Source of the DNA: an uncultured Phycisphaerales bacterium
GTDB taxonomy: Bacteria; Planctomycetota; Phycisphaerae; Tepidisphaerales; Tepidisphaeraceae
Direction of reading: 5' to 3'
DNA: 64,000 nt
Assembly: GCA_963844715.1 (NCBI GenBank)
Contig: CAWJPJ010000008.1
Coordinates: 608,001-672,000, forward strand
The notes below the pieces were generated by a model, which was not told where the DNA came from, did not search any database, and saw only the letters and a list, made by a program, of their open reading frames with translations. The translations under genes were made by a program, and so were the position numbers. The stretch's first letter is position 1, and the number at the start of each line of letters is the position of its first letter. Below are positions 31,935-43,862 of the stretch, piece after piece.

Positions 31935-32540
31935 TCAACCCACGGCGTGCCGCCGCCTGCGGCGAGCCATGAGGATAGATCCGCAAAGACAGAGGGTGGA
32001 AGAGGAGAGGGGTTCGGGGACGGAGGCGGTGGCCGTTCCTGCCTCAACCCCATCGCTAAAGTTGACGAGAGTTACCGACGAGTTGAGTGCGGCTCCGTAC
32101 GAAAAGGTGCTGTCTATGAAATCGGTTGCAGCCGCATTTCCGTCCACAAGGCTGTCGTAATCATTTAACTCGTCAGTGGGCGAAGATCCCACGACGGAGG
32201 AGTAAGGTTGGCCTACCGCCAGCGTGGGGTCCCGAAATCCGAAAGTGATCCCACCCGTGGCGTATGAGCCGACAATGGAATACGCAACTACGTCGGTGGC
32301 AGGAACGGAAAAATCCAACGTGGTGCCCGGGGCAGTGATGTTCCCCAGGGAATAATAGTTGAAACCCGGCGTGCCGCTTCCGTATAGGTATAGGAAATAC
32401 GCATCGTTGAGCGGACTACTGTCCGTGATGGTGAGATGAATTCCCTCGGTAGGGCTGGCGGTGGCGACGGGAGCGGCAACCCATGACGTAGCCAAGCCAG
32501 CGGCGAGGCAGGCGCTTTTAAACCCTGTACCCTTTACCAT
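31935..32540 (-). CDS. PEP-CTERM sorted surface protein
   Basis: Signal peptide, Ser/Thr/Gly-rich body, VPEP followed by TM helix and RRRRR. Confidence 0.85.
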   Translation of the reverse strand: MVKGTGFKSACLAAGLATSWVAAPVATASPTEGIHLTITDSSPLNDAYFLYLYGSGTPGFNYYSLGNITAPGTTLDFSVPATDVVAYSIVGSYATGGITFGFRDPTLAVGQPYSSVVGSSPTDELNDYDSLVDGNAAATDFIDSTFSYGAALNSSVTLVNFSDGVEAGTATASVPEPLSSSTLCLCGSILMARRRRRHAVG

Positions 32541-32647
32541 ATTTTCCTTCCCTCGAATGAATTGACGAGTACCTAGCTCCGCTGACAGCTTACCTCAGGG
32601 AATCAGGCTCCCCCCTACAGGAATGCCCATTTCGATTTCGGATTTCG

Positions 32648-32676
32648 AGATTAACGACTCGTAAAGGGGAGGTCAA
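32648..32676 (-). promoter_or_regulatory. sigma70-like promoter of the PEP-CTERM/GT2 unit
   Basis: TTGACC-N17-TAATCT. Confidence 0.5.
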
Positions 32677-32881
32677 CCAAAATGTCGAATGTTTTTTGCG
32701 GACTTGTTTTCTCGTTTTGCGTCGGGCCGGGGTGAGAAATCGACAGCATGCGAGAAGAAATTGAAGGTGCTAAAACCAGAATAATCAGGGGCAATAACTG
32801 GGGGATGAATAACGAGAATAACCAAGGACAGGCACCCACTTCTTCGTGACTTCGGGATCAGTCGCTTTTAAGCGATTTGCT

Positions 32882-34642
32882 TCAACCGTTGCGCCGACTG
32901 GCTCGGAGGATTCCCGGAATAACGTATTCCCTCGCCACCACATCCCAGCTCATTTTACTTGCCAAAGCGAAGCCGCGTTCTATGAAGGGTTCGAATTCTT
33001 CGGGGGTGCGGGGGAGGCGGTTGACTAGTTCTATCGCTACGCGGCCGGAGACTTCGTGTTCCAGTTGATCGCGCTGGGGTTGGCCTATGGCCATGAGTTG
33101 CTCGGGGCGCATGCCTTTATTGGGGAGGTCGGTGTAATCGGCGACGATGACGTTGGGGGAGGGTTGGCCGCCGTTGGCTTTGTCTACGAAGCCGGCGCAG
33201 CCGCAGACGTTGGTGAAGATGCAGATGCCGCCGAAGCTGATGGGTTCTACCTGGGCGATGCCGAAGGGTTCGTAGATGCTTTGGCCGAACTCGGCGTCGG
33301 AGCCTTTTCGGATGTCCATGAATTCCATGTCCGCCGGCATGCGCACGCCGCAGGCTTTGGCGTCGAAGCCGAATTGGTTGATGAAGACGACTTTCACGTT
33401 TCGCGATCGGGCGTTGAATTCCTGCACGCCCTGGTAGTAGAGGGCTTCGCCGTTGGAGAGGTCGGGCAGACCCTCGCGGTGGACGACGGGCCAATGGTAA
33501 TGCTCTTCCATGCGGCGGATATCGTCGCCGCGACGGGCGGGGACCTCTGTGCTTAGGGTGAAGAGAATGGCCGTCTCGTTCCGCTGGCGCAGAATGCTTT
33601 CGACGTGTTCAAGCACGCGCAGATCGCGCCACAGGCCCTTGCTCGGGACGAGGCGCGTCACGTGCGAAAAGACGTAGTGCGGCTCGTAGCCCAGCAGCGT
33701 ATGGGCGTAAGCCTGCAGCTTCTTGCGGCTGGCCATCTTGTCGGCTGCGCTGATTTTCCAGTGCGGAACGCCGTTGTAGGCGACCTGGCTGTCCACGTGC
33801 ACGAAATCCGGGCCCATGAAGCGGATTTCCTTCAGCGTATAGTCCCCGACGGCGAAGATGCCGTCACAAAAACGGGCGGCTTTGACGAGCGAATATTTGT
33901 AGAACCCGCTTTGATCGCCGAAGACGTCTTCGAGGTAATGCCCCTGGCTGATCGCCTGGCGCATGACGTTATAAAACATGGTGTCGTGCCCGGGGTGGTG
34001 CTCGACGATGCGGCGCATCGGGGCCACTTCATGGGCGTAGAAGACGGTGCGGAAATTGCTGCGTTCCCCTTCGAGAATGGCGGCCAGAGCCGTGGGCATT
34101 CCCATGTATTCGTGGCTGAGGATCACGCACGGCTCGAGCTCGTTGCCGGCGCCCAGGTGGTTGAGGCAGGCGATCGCCGGCTTGGCGAGGCGCATGTACT
34201 GCTCGTAATCCCAGATGTGCTCGTACTTGCTGCTCTCGATGGCGAAGGTCTTCCAAAGCTCAAATTTGAACTGATTGATCTTTTCCTGGTCGTAATGGGA
34301 GACGTCGATCAGCAGAACCTCGGGCGTGCTGGTGACGCCGGTTTCCTTGCTGACGAATTTGCGGCGGCCGTAGACGATGGCGACGTCGAACTGTTGTTCG
34401 ATCTCGCGAAATCGCCCGGCCAGCGGGGAGCGGGAGAGGCTGTCGAGGCTGCTATATAGGACCTCGCCCTGGGGGCCGAGGCGCTTTTCGCCGCGCTCTT
34501 CGCCGGGCCAGTAAGGTCCGACAAGAATGTTGCGGGGAACCTTTTCGAGATATTCCTTGCTGGTCAGCAGCCCGTGCAGGACCGCGCCGATTCCGCCGAT
34601 TTTCTGGATCGCCTCATGCGTCACGTGGACGGCTGTTTGCAT
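32882..34642 (-). CDS. Glycogen-synthase-like GT-B glycosyltransferase (GT3-like)
   Basis: HEAIQKIGGI (KxGG), ILVGPY, SHEYMG, YNGV, SIYEPFGIAQVE. Confidence 0.7.
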   Translation of the reverse strand: MQTAVHVTHEAIQKIGGIGAVLHGLLTSKEYLEKVPRNILVGPYWPGEERGEKRLGPQGEVLYSSLDSLSRSPLAGRFREIEQQFDVAIVYGRRKFVSKETGVTSTPEVLLIDVSHYDQEKINQFKFELWKTFAIESSKYEHIWDYEQYMRLAKPAIACLNHLGAGNELEPCVILSHEYMGMPTALAAILEGERSNFRTVFYAHEVAPMRRIVEHHPGHDTMFYNVMRQAISQGHYLEDVFGDQSGFYKYSLVKAARFCDGIFAVGDYTLKEIRFMGPDFVHVDSQVAYNGVPHWKISAADKMASRKKLQAYAHTLLGYEPHYVFSHVTRLVPSKGLWRDLRVLEHVESILRQRNETAILFTLSTEVPARRGDDIRRMEEHYHWPVVHREGLPDLSNGEALYYQGVQEFNARSRNVKVVFINQFGFDAKACGVRMPADMEFMDIRKGSDAEFGQSIYEPFGIAQVEPISFGGICIFTNVCGCAGFVDKANGGQPSPNVIVADYTDLPNKGMRPEQLMAIGQPQRDQLEHEVSGRVAIELVNRLPRTPEEFEPFIERGFALASKMSWDVVAREYVIPGILRASRRNG

Positions 34643-34757
34643 TGCTGTTTCCTCTCCGTACTGTATCGGCTAATTCCCGCTGGGGCGGGGAGTCGCAAAG
34701 TCTAACGATGCGACCGCTCCATTTGCAATGAAATCTCGCTTACAGGACCGATAGCCC

Positions 34758-35970
34758 GTGTCTTTCGCTTCAGGATCGCCTTCGCGCCGGTTACCGCAGC
34801 TTTTTCTGACCGAAGCCCTCGCCGCCCATGCATCCAACCTGCTGATGCTGGGAATCTTCTTTTATATGCACCGGCGTTTCGGGTGGGGGTCACTGGCGAA
34901 TTTATTGTTATCCGCTTCACAGGGTTGCGTCTACGTCGCCGGGGCGCTCTCTTCAAGTTTTTTTTCCTGGCGCATGGGACGCCGACGGCTCCTGCGGACG
35001 CTGAACGTTGCGATGGCGATTGTCATTTCGGTGGCGGCGTGCTGGAGCAATCAGTGGGTGATCGTCATCGTGCTTCTTTTTTACACGACCTTGTGCGCGG
35101 CGCAATGGCCGGCCCTGGAGAGCCTGGTCTGCGACGGCGCGGCGGCCGAGGAACTGGCGCGGCGGACCAATCTGTACAACCTCACCTGGGCGATCGTGGG
35201 CGCGGCAACCGTCGCGGCGAGCGGAACGCTCATCGAGATCTTCCCGCGCAGGATTTTCGTGCTGGCGGTTGTGGCGCATTTGATGTGCGGCATTCTGCTT
35301 CGCGTCGTTGCCGACGTTCCGCCGGCGCCTCCCGAGCATACGGCGCCGGAGCCGGAATTGGTTTCCCTGCGGTCCCTGGCGATGCTCCTTTCGCGCATCG
35401 CGCTTCCGGCGACGTACGCGGTGCTTTATGGAATCGGCGGCGCTGATGCCGACGCTCCCGGTCATCCGGGCGCTGAGCCCGCAGGTGCGCACGCTGGCCG
35501 GGTCCGTTTGGATGATGGCGCGGTTTCCGATTTTTGCATTTCTCGCTTTGACGACCTGGTGGCATACGCGGCCAAGAGCGCTCCTTGTGGCCAATGCGAT
35601 CCTGCTGGTCGCGTTTCTGGGGATCACGCTGCGGGTCTCGGAGTCGATGAGCGTGAATCTGGCCGTGATGGTGATCGCCCAAGTCACGCTCGGGGCGGCG
35701 ATGGCGCTGATCTACGCCGCGAGTCTCTACTTCGGAATGGTTCTGAGCGAGGGGAGCACGGAGCACGGCGGATACCACAAAGCGCTCATCGGATTGGGAT
35801 CAATCCTCGGTCCCGGCGCCGGGGCCATCGCGCAATGGGCCAACCCGCAAAAACCCGCCGCCGGAATCACGGCGATTGCCACGTTGTTGGGAGTCGCCGT
35901 CTTCGTCGCCGCGGTCGCCAGTTTAGTCGCCACGTTCACGCGGCGCGCCGCTTCCGAACAATCTCAATAA
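34758..35970 (+). CDS. MFS-like membrane transporter (indel near 35437)
   Basis: About 12 TM segments across ORFs 34758 and 35308; RMGRRRLL loop motif. Confidence 0.7.
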
Positions 35971-36365
35971 CGCGGGTTTTTGGTCCGCGAGTTTTTATTC
36001 GCACGTCGATTCTTCGCGCGGGCAGTAATTTCGCGATTCGTTCCGCCCATTCGACGACGACGACGCCTCCCTGATCAAGCAATTCCGAAAATCCGATCGC
36101 CTCGAAATCCTCTTCGCCGCTGGTTCGATAGGCGTCGAGATGAAAAATCTTGTGTTTTTTTCCGGCGTAGACGTTGAGAAGGACGAAGGTCGGGCTGCTG
36201 ACGCGTTTGGCGTTCGCCCCCATGCCGCGCCAGCCCGCGCACGAATTGAGTTTTGCCCGCTCCGAGGTGCCCGTAGAGGGCGACGCATTCGCCGCCGCGG
36301 AATTGTCTGGCCAATTCCGACGCGATTTTTTCCGTCTCCCTGGGGCTTTTGGAGGTGTGCTTCAT
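35936..36365 (-). CDS. tsaE: tRNA threonylcarbamoyladenosine biosynthesis ATPase TsaE (indel near 36225)
   Basis: [33 protein letters not shown]. Confidence 0.92.
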
Positions 36366-37607
36366 GATGATCCGAAGACCGCCTGATGAAGCAATTCGAC
36401 GGGGTGAACGATGCGAATTGTTATGCCGCGATCTTGTGCCTGGGCCGCCAGATGCAGGGCGACACCCGGCATTTCCGGCGGCTACGATCTGGGCACCGGT
36501 TTTGGCGATTTCGTTCAGTTTGCGGTCCGCCAAATCACGGGCCATCTGCGGCTGGGTCAGGTTATACGTCCCGGCCGCACCGCAGCAGAGATCGCTTTCA
36601 GGCAGCGGGACAAGAGTGATGCCGGGAATTTTTGAGAGCAATCGCCGCGGCGCGCCGGTCACTTTCTGCGCGTGGGCTAAATGACAGGCATCGTGATAGG
36701 TGACGGTAGCGGCCACCGGCTTCATCGTCGGCAATTCCAAATCGTCCAGAACCTGGCAAATATCACGGGCCTTTTTTTCGAACTCCAACGCCTTGGCGGC
36801 ATATATCGGATCGTCGCGCAAAAACAGTCCATACTCCCTCAGCATCGCCCCGCAGCCGGCGACGGATGAGACGACATAATCCAATTTCCCCGCGGCTTCG
36901 AAGGCGTCGATGTTCTTGCGCCGAAGATGCGCGCGGTCTGGGCATCTCCGTCATGGTGATGCAGCGCGCCGCAGCACCCTTGCCCGCGCCGACGACGACT
37001 TCGGCCCCGCAAGCGGCCAGCAGTTCAACTGATTTTCGATTGACCTCGGAAAAGAGGCGCTTCCGACGCAGCCGGCGAAGAATCCGATCCGCGCCTTCGC
37101 GCCGGTCTTTCCCATATGCGTCGGCAAACTGGTCGGCCAAATCGGTCCCTGGCGCGGCAGCATTCTCATCAGCCCCCTGCGCCCGAAAATTCCCCACAGG
37201 CCGAGCCTTTGCAAAATACGCGGCGGCACCAGCGCGAATTTCAAACGCAGCGGGTAGGGCATCACGTGCCGGATTATCCACGCCGTGAATTTCGACGGCT
37301 CGGATCGCGGGAGCTTTTGCCGCGTCTCTTCGATCAGTTCGTGATAGATCACGTTGCTCGGGCAAGCGGTCTCGCAGGCGCGGCAATCGAGGCATGAATC
37401 AAGGTGCTTCCTGACCGGCTCCGTGGCGGAGATGTTCCCGTCGGAGACGCCGCGCATGAGTTGGATCCGCCCGCGCGGGCCTTCGGCTTCTAGGCCGGTT
37501 TCGAGATAAGTCGGGCAGACGGGCAGACATAACCCGCAATGGACGCACGAGAGCGCCCGCTGGTAAGTGCGCGGGTCGAGGCGGGTATTTGCCGCAATTT
37601 CGCTCAT
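36362..37607 (-). CDS. glcF: Glycolate oxidase Fe-S subunit GlcF-like (several indels)
   Basis: [58 protein letters not shown]. Confidence 0.85.
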
Positions 37608-37679
37608 CGGGGTGACTCGCCTCCCTTTCGGCGATAAAGTATAACGTGACGCGACCGATCGCACCTTCACGGAGGATTC

Positions 37680-38801
37680 ATGCCCCCGCGCTCCATCAAG
37701 CTTTTCACCGTCGCCATCGCTCTTTTCTTTTTTGCCGCGGCCTGTCTGGCGGATGACTCCGCCACGACTCAGCCCGGGCCGGCGACCGAGCCTTCGGTTC
37801 AGGACGTCGTCGCCGACCTGACGACCGCGTCGCAGCAAATCGGCACGCTCATTCCGACGCCCAGCGATCTCTTCGATCCGGCGAAGCGAGCGCAATCGGC
37901 GGACCAGATGATTCCGCTATTGAAGCGCATCGACGCCGATTTTGCGACCCTGGCCCGGATTCAGCCGCAGTCCGCGGAACAGGCGATCACCAACCGCGTG
38001 CAGATTCACGCCATGCTCGTTTTGTACGGCGATTCATCCACCGAATCCGCGCTTCAGGAACTGGCGTCCAAATCCGTGCCGGGTTCGATTCCCGCGCAGA
38101 GTTCGCTGGTGCTGGCCGGTTGGTGGGAGAACAAAACCAATTCGAGGGAGCAGCAAAAATCGGTCGATCAGCTTAAGGCGCTGGCGCAGGCTCATCCGGA
38201 TGATCTGTCCGTCACGTCGGCAGCGCTGGCGATGGCGCAATCGCAAAGCAACGCCAACGCCGATCTGCTCGCCGAGGTGCAGAAGGTGCTCACCGACGAT
38301 CTCAAATCGCCCGAAGCGCAGGCCGTGGCCCAGGAACTGGCGGCGCAGCAAAAACTCGATTCCATGGTCGGCAAGCCGCTGGTCGTCTCCGGCCCGCAAC
38401 TCGGCGGCAAGCCCTTCACGACCGCCGATTGGAAAGGGAAAGTCATCCTCGTCGATTTCTGGGCGACCTGGTGCGGGCCGTGCATGGCGGAACTGCCGGA
38501 CGTCGTCAAAGCCTACAACGACAATCACGCCCAGGGTCTGGAAGTTCTGGGTGTATCCAATGATTTCAGCGCCGACGACCTGACAAAATTCCTGACGGCG
38601 CATCCGGAAGTCGCCTGGCCGCAGCTTTTCGACGCCGACGCCGCGAAGACAAATCAGTGGAACCCGGTCACGCTCGGCTACGGCATCAACGGTATTCCGA
38701 CGCTTTTCCTGATCGACAGGAAGGGGATTCTGCGAACCGTCGATGCCCGCGAAGACATGGCCGACATGATCCCCAAGCTGCTTCAGGAACCGGCGAACTG
38801 A
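37680..38801 (+). CDS. Exported TlpA/ResA-like thioredoxin-fold protein
   Basis: Signal peptide, helical N-domain, VDFWATWCGPC, GIPTLFLID. Confidence 0.88.
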   Translation: MPPRSIKLFTVAIALFFFAAACLADDSATTQPGPATEPSVQDVVADLTTASQQIGTLIPTPSDLFDPAKRAQSADQMIPLLKRIDADFATLARIQPQSAEQAITNRVQIHAMLVLYGDSSTESALQELASKSVPGSIPAQSSLVLAGWWENKTNSREQQKSVDQLKALAQAHPDDLSVTSAALAMAQSQSNANADLLAEVQKVLTDDLKSPEAQAVAQELAAQQKLDSMVGKPLVVSGPQLGGKPFTTADWKGKVILVDFWATWCGPCMAELPDVVKAYNDNHAQGLEVLGVSNDFSADDLTKFLTAHPEVAWPQLFDADAAKTNQWNPVTLGYGINGIPTLFLIDRKGILRTVDAREDMADMIPKLLQEPAN

Positions 38802-39689
38802 TCCGGCGCTTTGAACGCGCTTGCCAGGCGGGACAAAACGGTGCGCTCCTCGGGACTGGGCGACCAGCGCGGGGGGTCGCCTCTCTTGAAAAAATAAACC
38901 GACCCGCCGACCTCGGCGGCGGATTTTCGATTGCCTCATCCTGCCCCGATGCGGTCCCCTTGACGATTCCGAACGCCGCGTCGGCGGACCAGCCGATTAA
39001 ATCTTTGGCGAAGTTCGATATTCGCGCCGGGGGCACGGAGGCGGAAAATCCCTCGGAAATAGGCGGCCAAAGTTTCGTCCGCAGCGCCATGTCCGCCTGT
39101 AAATCGTGGCGAAGAATTTCCAGCGGCCGATGCACGGCCAGTTCTTTGGCAAAAAAATCGATTGCCGCCGGGGAATCGAGCCAGCCGAGCCATAGCTCCT
39201 TCGAATTCAGTATTGCCCATCGCGGACGCAGCTTGGTCGGCAAGATCGTCCCAAGGAATTGATCGGAGGGTTCAAACCTTGCGGCGAGGGCGGCGGCGGG
39301 GCGTTTATACGTCCGCGTGGTGACCGCTTCGATTTTCCGAACAAGGCGCGTTGCCCGACCATGAATTTCGTCAGATCGTACCCCGCGACATTTTTGACCG
39401 TCCGCCCGCCGGCGGTGATCAATTCCCCGCTGTTTAAACGAAACTGGCATCCCAAAAGCAAATCCCGCCAGGCTCCGAACCCAAGCCGCAGCGACCCGCT
39501 GGAATTTTCCTCGACGAGCAGTCCAATGGGCAGATTCGCGTCGCCGTCGATCGGCAGCCATTGATCGAATTCACCGAGTTTTTGCTGAATCGCCGCGAGG
39601 GTCACATCGGCGGCGAACGTGGCCGTCAGGTCCGCGACGTGGCAATCGATCCCGCCCGCTGTCACCCACGGCTCGCGCGTCGTTGGCAT
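38783..39689 (-). CDS. glcE: FAD-binding oxidoreductase, GlcE-like (indels)
   Basis: DLTAT, GAWRDLLLG, GGRTVKNVAGYDLTKFMVG; 3' end reconstructed as ...LSRLASAFKAPDQFAGS*. Confidence 0.7.
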
Positions 39690-39700
39690 TCCTTAATAGT

Positions 39701-40374
39701 CTATTCGACTTTGGCGATTTGGGTATTGCTGATGGCGTGCATGGCCCGCTCGATGGCATCCATCTCGTCGATCTGATTGGTTCCGTGCTCGGTGATGCGA
39801 TCGTAAAAGTTCTGCACGAGTTCCGAGGGATCGCGCACGCGGCCGATGTATTCGCGGGCGATTTGCCTTGCGGCTACGTTCAGGGCGTCGGTCGCGGCGG
39901 TCTCGGCGTCGGGGCCGGAGCCGTAAAAGTCCGTGCCGATGAGATTTGCGCAATGGCGGCGGCGACCTCGTCGCTGCGGGCGTAGAAGTGCTTGGCGATC
40001 ATGGCGTGGCCGTCTTCGTGAGCCATGATTTTTGTCCGGCCCGAAAGTCGATCCATTCGGTGATTTTCAGTTGCAGTGTGACGTGGATCGAATCGACGCG
40101 AACGGCCGTGACGACGTCGTCTCCGCTTGGGAATTGCATGAAGACGTGCCCCTGTACATTGGCGTGGCAGGAAAAATCGGCGACCGTCACGCCCAGCTCG
40201 TTCGCCTCGGGCGCGGGCATCTGGTGCGAGGGGACGCGGGTCGTAGAGGCTGGTGGAGCAAGCCGGCGGCGTTAAATCAATGGAAACGGGAACCGTTTGC
40301 CCCCGCGCCGAGGCGACGAATGACACGATCACGAATGCTGCCGACGCCGCCAGGACGCCTCGAAAATTGCTCAT
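39701..40374 (-). CDS. Secreted putative Zn peptidase (DUF922-like; several indels)
   Basis: Signal peptide MSNFRGVLAASAAF...; KIMAHEDGHAMI (HExxH). Confidence 0.5.
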
Positions 40375-40479
40375 GACTTTTTGGTTCGGCGACGAGAATA
40401 TCGAAATTTCCAAAACAGTGTTAGACAAATTTTCCAGCCTGTGTACATTGGCCGCAGTCTGACGGCGGAGTCGCAAAAT

Positions 40480-40839
40480 ATGCCCAAATTAACCGTGGAA
40501 GGTGTCGGAACTTTCTTCGTCCCTGATGGGAAACGCCTGGTTCTGGCGCTCGAGGACGAGGCGAAGATCGATCAATTGCATTCCTGCGGCGGACACGCCC
40601 GGTGCACAACCTGTCGCGTGAAATTCATCTCCGGCGAGCCGGAAAAAGTCACCCAGGCGGAGCGAACCATCCTTTCGGCCCGTGGGCTTGGGGCCGAGGT
40701 GGGGCTGCGGCTGAGTTGTCAGATCAACTGCGACGCGGACATGCACATTGTGGCCGAAAGCCGCCTGGCCGGGAGCGGGAAGAAGGACGTGGGCCCGCGC
40801 CCGACGGATTCGATCACGCCGCCGCCGGTTTGGACTTGA
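40480..40839 (+). CDS. 2Fe-2S ferredoxin
   Basis: HSCGGHARCTTC...RLSCQ. Confidence 0.9.
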   Translation: MPKLTVEGVGTFFVPDGKRLVLALEDEAKIDQLHSCGGHARCTTCRVKFISGEPEKVTQAERTILSARGLGAEVGLRLSCQINCDADMHIVAESRLAGSGKKDVGPRPTDSITPPPVWT

Positions 40840-40944
40840 TGGTGATGGGGAACGCGGTGCTGCGCATCACCGCTAAATGGGAAGCAAGTAGAAATTGACC
40901 CACTACCGAGTTGATTTGGGAAGGGGTCGCGTAAAATAGCATTG

Positions 40945-42056
40945 ATGCCGGAGATTCGCGTCGCCATCGCGGGAGTGGGGAACTGCGCCAGTTCGCTGGT
41001 GCAGGGATTGGCGTTCTACCGGGCCCACCCCGAGGGGCTGCTGTCTGAAATCGGGTTGAAGCACCCGGAACTGGGGGGCTGGCGGGTTTCGGACATTGTC
41101 CCCGTGGCGGCGTTTGATATTGATGCGCGAAAGTCGGGCGCCTCTCGAAGAGGCGATTTTTGCGCTTCCGAATAACACCAAGGAGATCGCCCGCCCGGTC
41201 CCGGGGACGGGCGTAACCGTCAAAATGGGCCCGGTGCTGGACGGCGTGGCGTCTCATTTGAGCGAATACCCAGCCGAATGGCGTTTTGAGCCGGCGGATT
41301 TGCCGCCGGTGGACGTCGCGGCGGAACTTCGATCGAGCGGGGCGGAGATTCTGCTGAATTATCTGCCGGTGGGGTCGAGAAAAGCGGCGGAGTTCTACGC
41401 CGAGGCGTGCCTGAAGGCGGGGGTGAGCCTGGTGAACTGCATGCCGGTCTTTATCGTTTCGGACCCTGCCTGGGCCAAACGGTTTGCCGATCGCGGCATC
41501 CCTTGCGTAGGGGATGATATCAAGGCACAGCTCGGGGCGACCATCACCCATCGGGCCCTGGCCCGGCTCTTCACCGACCGCGGCGTGCGCATCGACCGCA
41601 CTTACCAGCTCAACACCGGCGGAAACGCCGATTTTCTCAATATGCTCCAGCCGCCAGCGCCTGGAAGAGAAGAAGACGAGCAAGACGGAGGCCGTGCAGA
41701 GCCAGTTGAATGAGCCTCTGGATGAGCAAAACATCCACATCGGCCCCAGCGATTTCGTCCCGTTCCTCAAGGACAACAAAATCTGCTTCCTCCGCATCGA
41801 AGGCACAGGTTTCGGCGGCGTGCCGCTGGAATTGGAGCTGCGATTGAGCGTGGAGGATTCGCCCAATAGCGCCGGATCGGCCGTGGATGCGATTCGCTGC
41901 TGCAAGATCGCCAGGCAGGCAAAAATTGCCGGAGCGCTCGCCGCCGCGTCCGCCTGGACGATGAAAAGGCCGCCGCGGCAGATGGGCGACACGGATGCAT
42001 TGGCTGCAATGACGGCATGGGTGGCGGCGGAAACCCGAAACCAGAAATCCGAATGA
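40945..42056 (+). CDS. ino1: myo-Inositol-1-phosphate synthase (two indels)
   Basis: [66 protein letters not shown]. Confidence 0.92.
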
Positions 42057-42160
42057 CGAATCAAATCCGAATGCCCGAATGACAAAATGGGGGGAATGCC
42101 CTTCGCTCATTTGGTCATTCGGGCTTGATTCGGATTTCTGGTTTCGGATTTCGGATTTTT
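42031..42160. repeat. Imperfect palindrome of AAATCCG / AATGACG-type heptamers
   Basis: ccgaaaccagaaatccgaat ... attcggatttctggtttcgg; supplies the last codons and TGA of ino1. Confidence 0.85.
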
Positions 42161-42381
42161 CTCGCGCTTGCGCTTGAATTCGGACCCACATCATTACAAT
42201 ATCTGACCGATAAACCGGCATTGTCGAACCATCAATGCTGGGACTATTGCTCGGCCAATGGAGTGGCCGATAGACCGAATCGTTCCAGCCGTGCGCGTTT
42301 CACCGCGGCGGCGCGTTTCGGGCCATAGGAAAATTCTTTGATTCGTCGCAAAGATTTTCCGGCCCAAGGACGGGCAGAAAA

Positions 42382-43735
<1,354 letters not shown>

Positions 43736-43742
43736 ACTTTTT

Positions 43743-43853
43743 TCCCTCTCCCCATGTACTCATGGGGAGAGGGAAGGGTGAGGGGCAATTTTTCGAAGGT
43801 CGGAAGACGGCCCCTCACCCTAACCCTCTCCCCGGAGTACCGGGGCGAGGGGA
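43743..43853. repeat. Inverted pair of REP-like elements
   Basis: CCCTCTCCCATGTACTCATGGGGAGAGGGAAGGGTGAGGGG...CCCCTCACCCTAACCCTCTCCCCGGAGTACCGGGGCGAGGGG between convergent murA and mqnD. Confidence 0.8.
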
Positions 43854-43862
43854 CCAAACCCC

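Noticed and set aside
32541..32645. Riboswitch in the PEP-CTERM 5' UTR
   Set aside because: No recognisable c-di-GMP or other aptamer consensus and no convincing stems.
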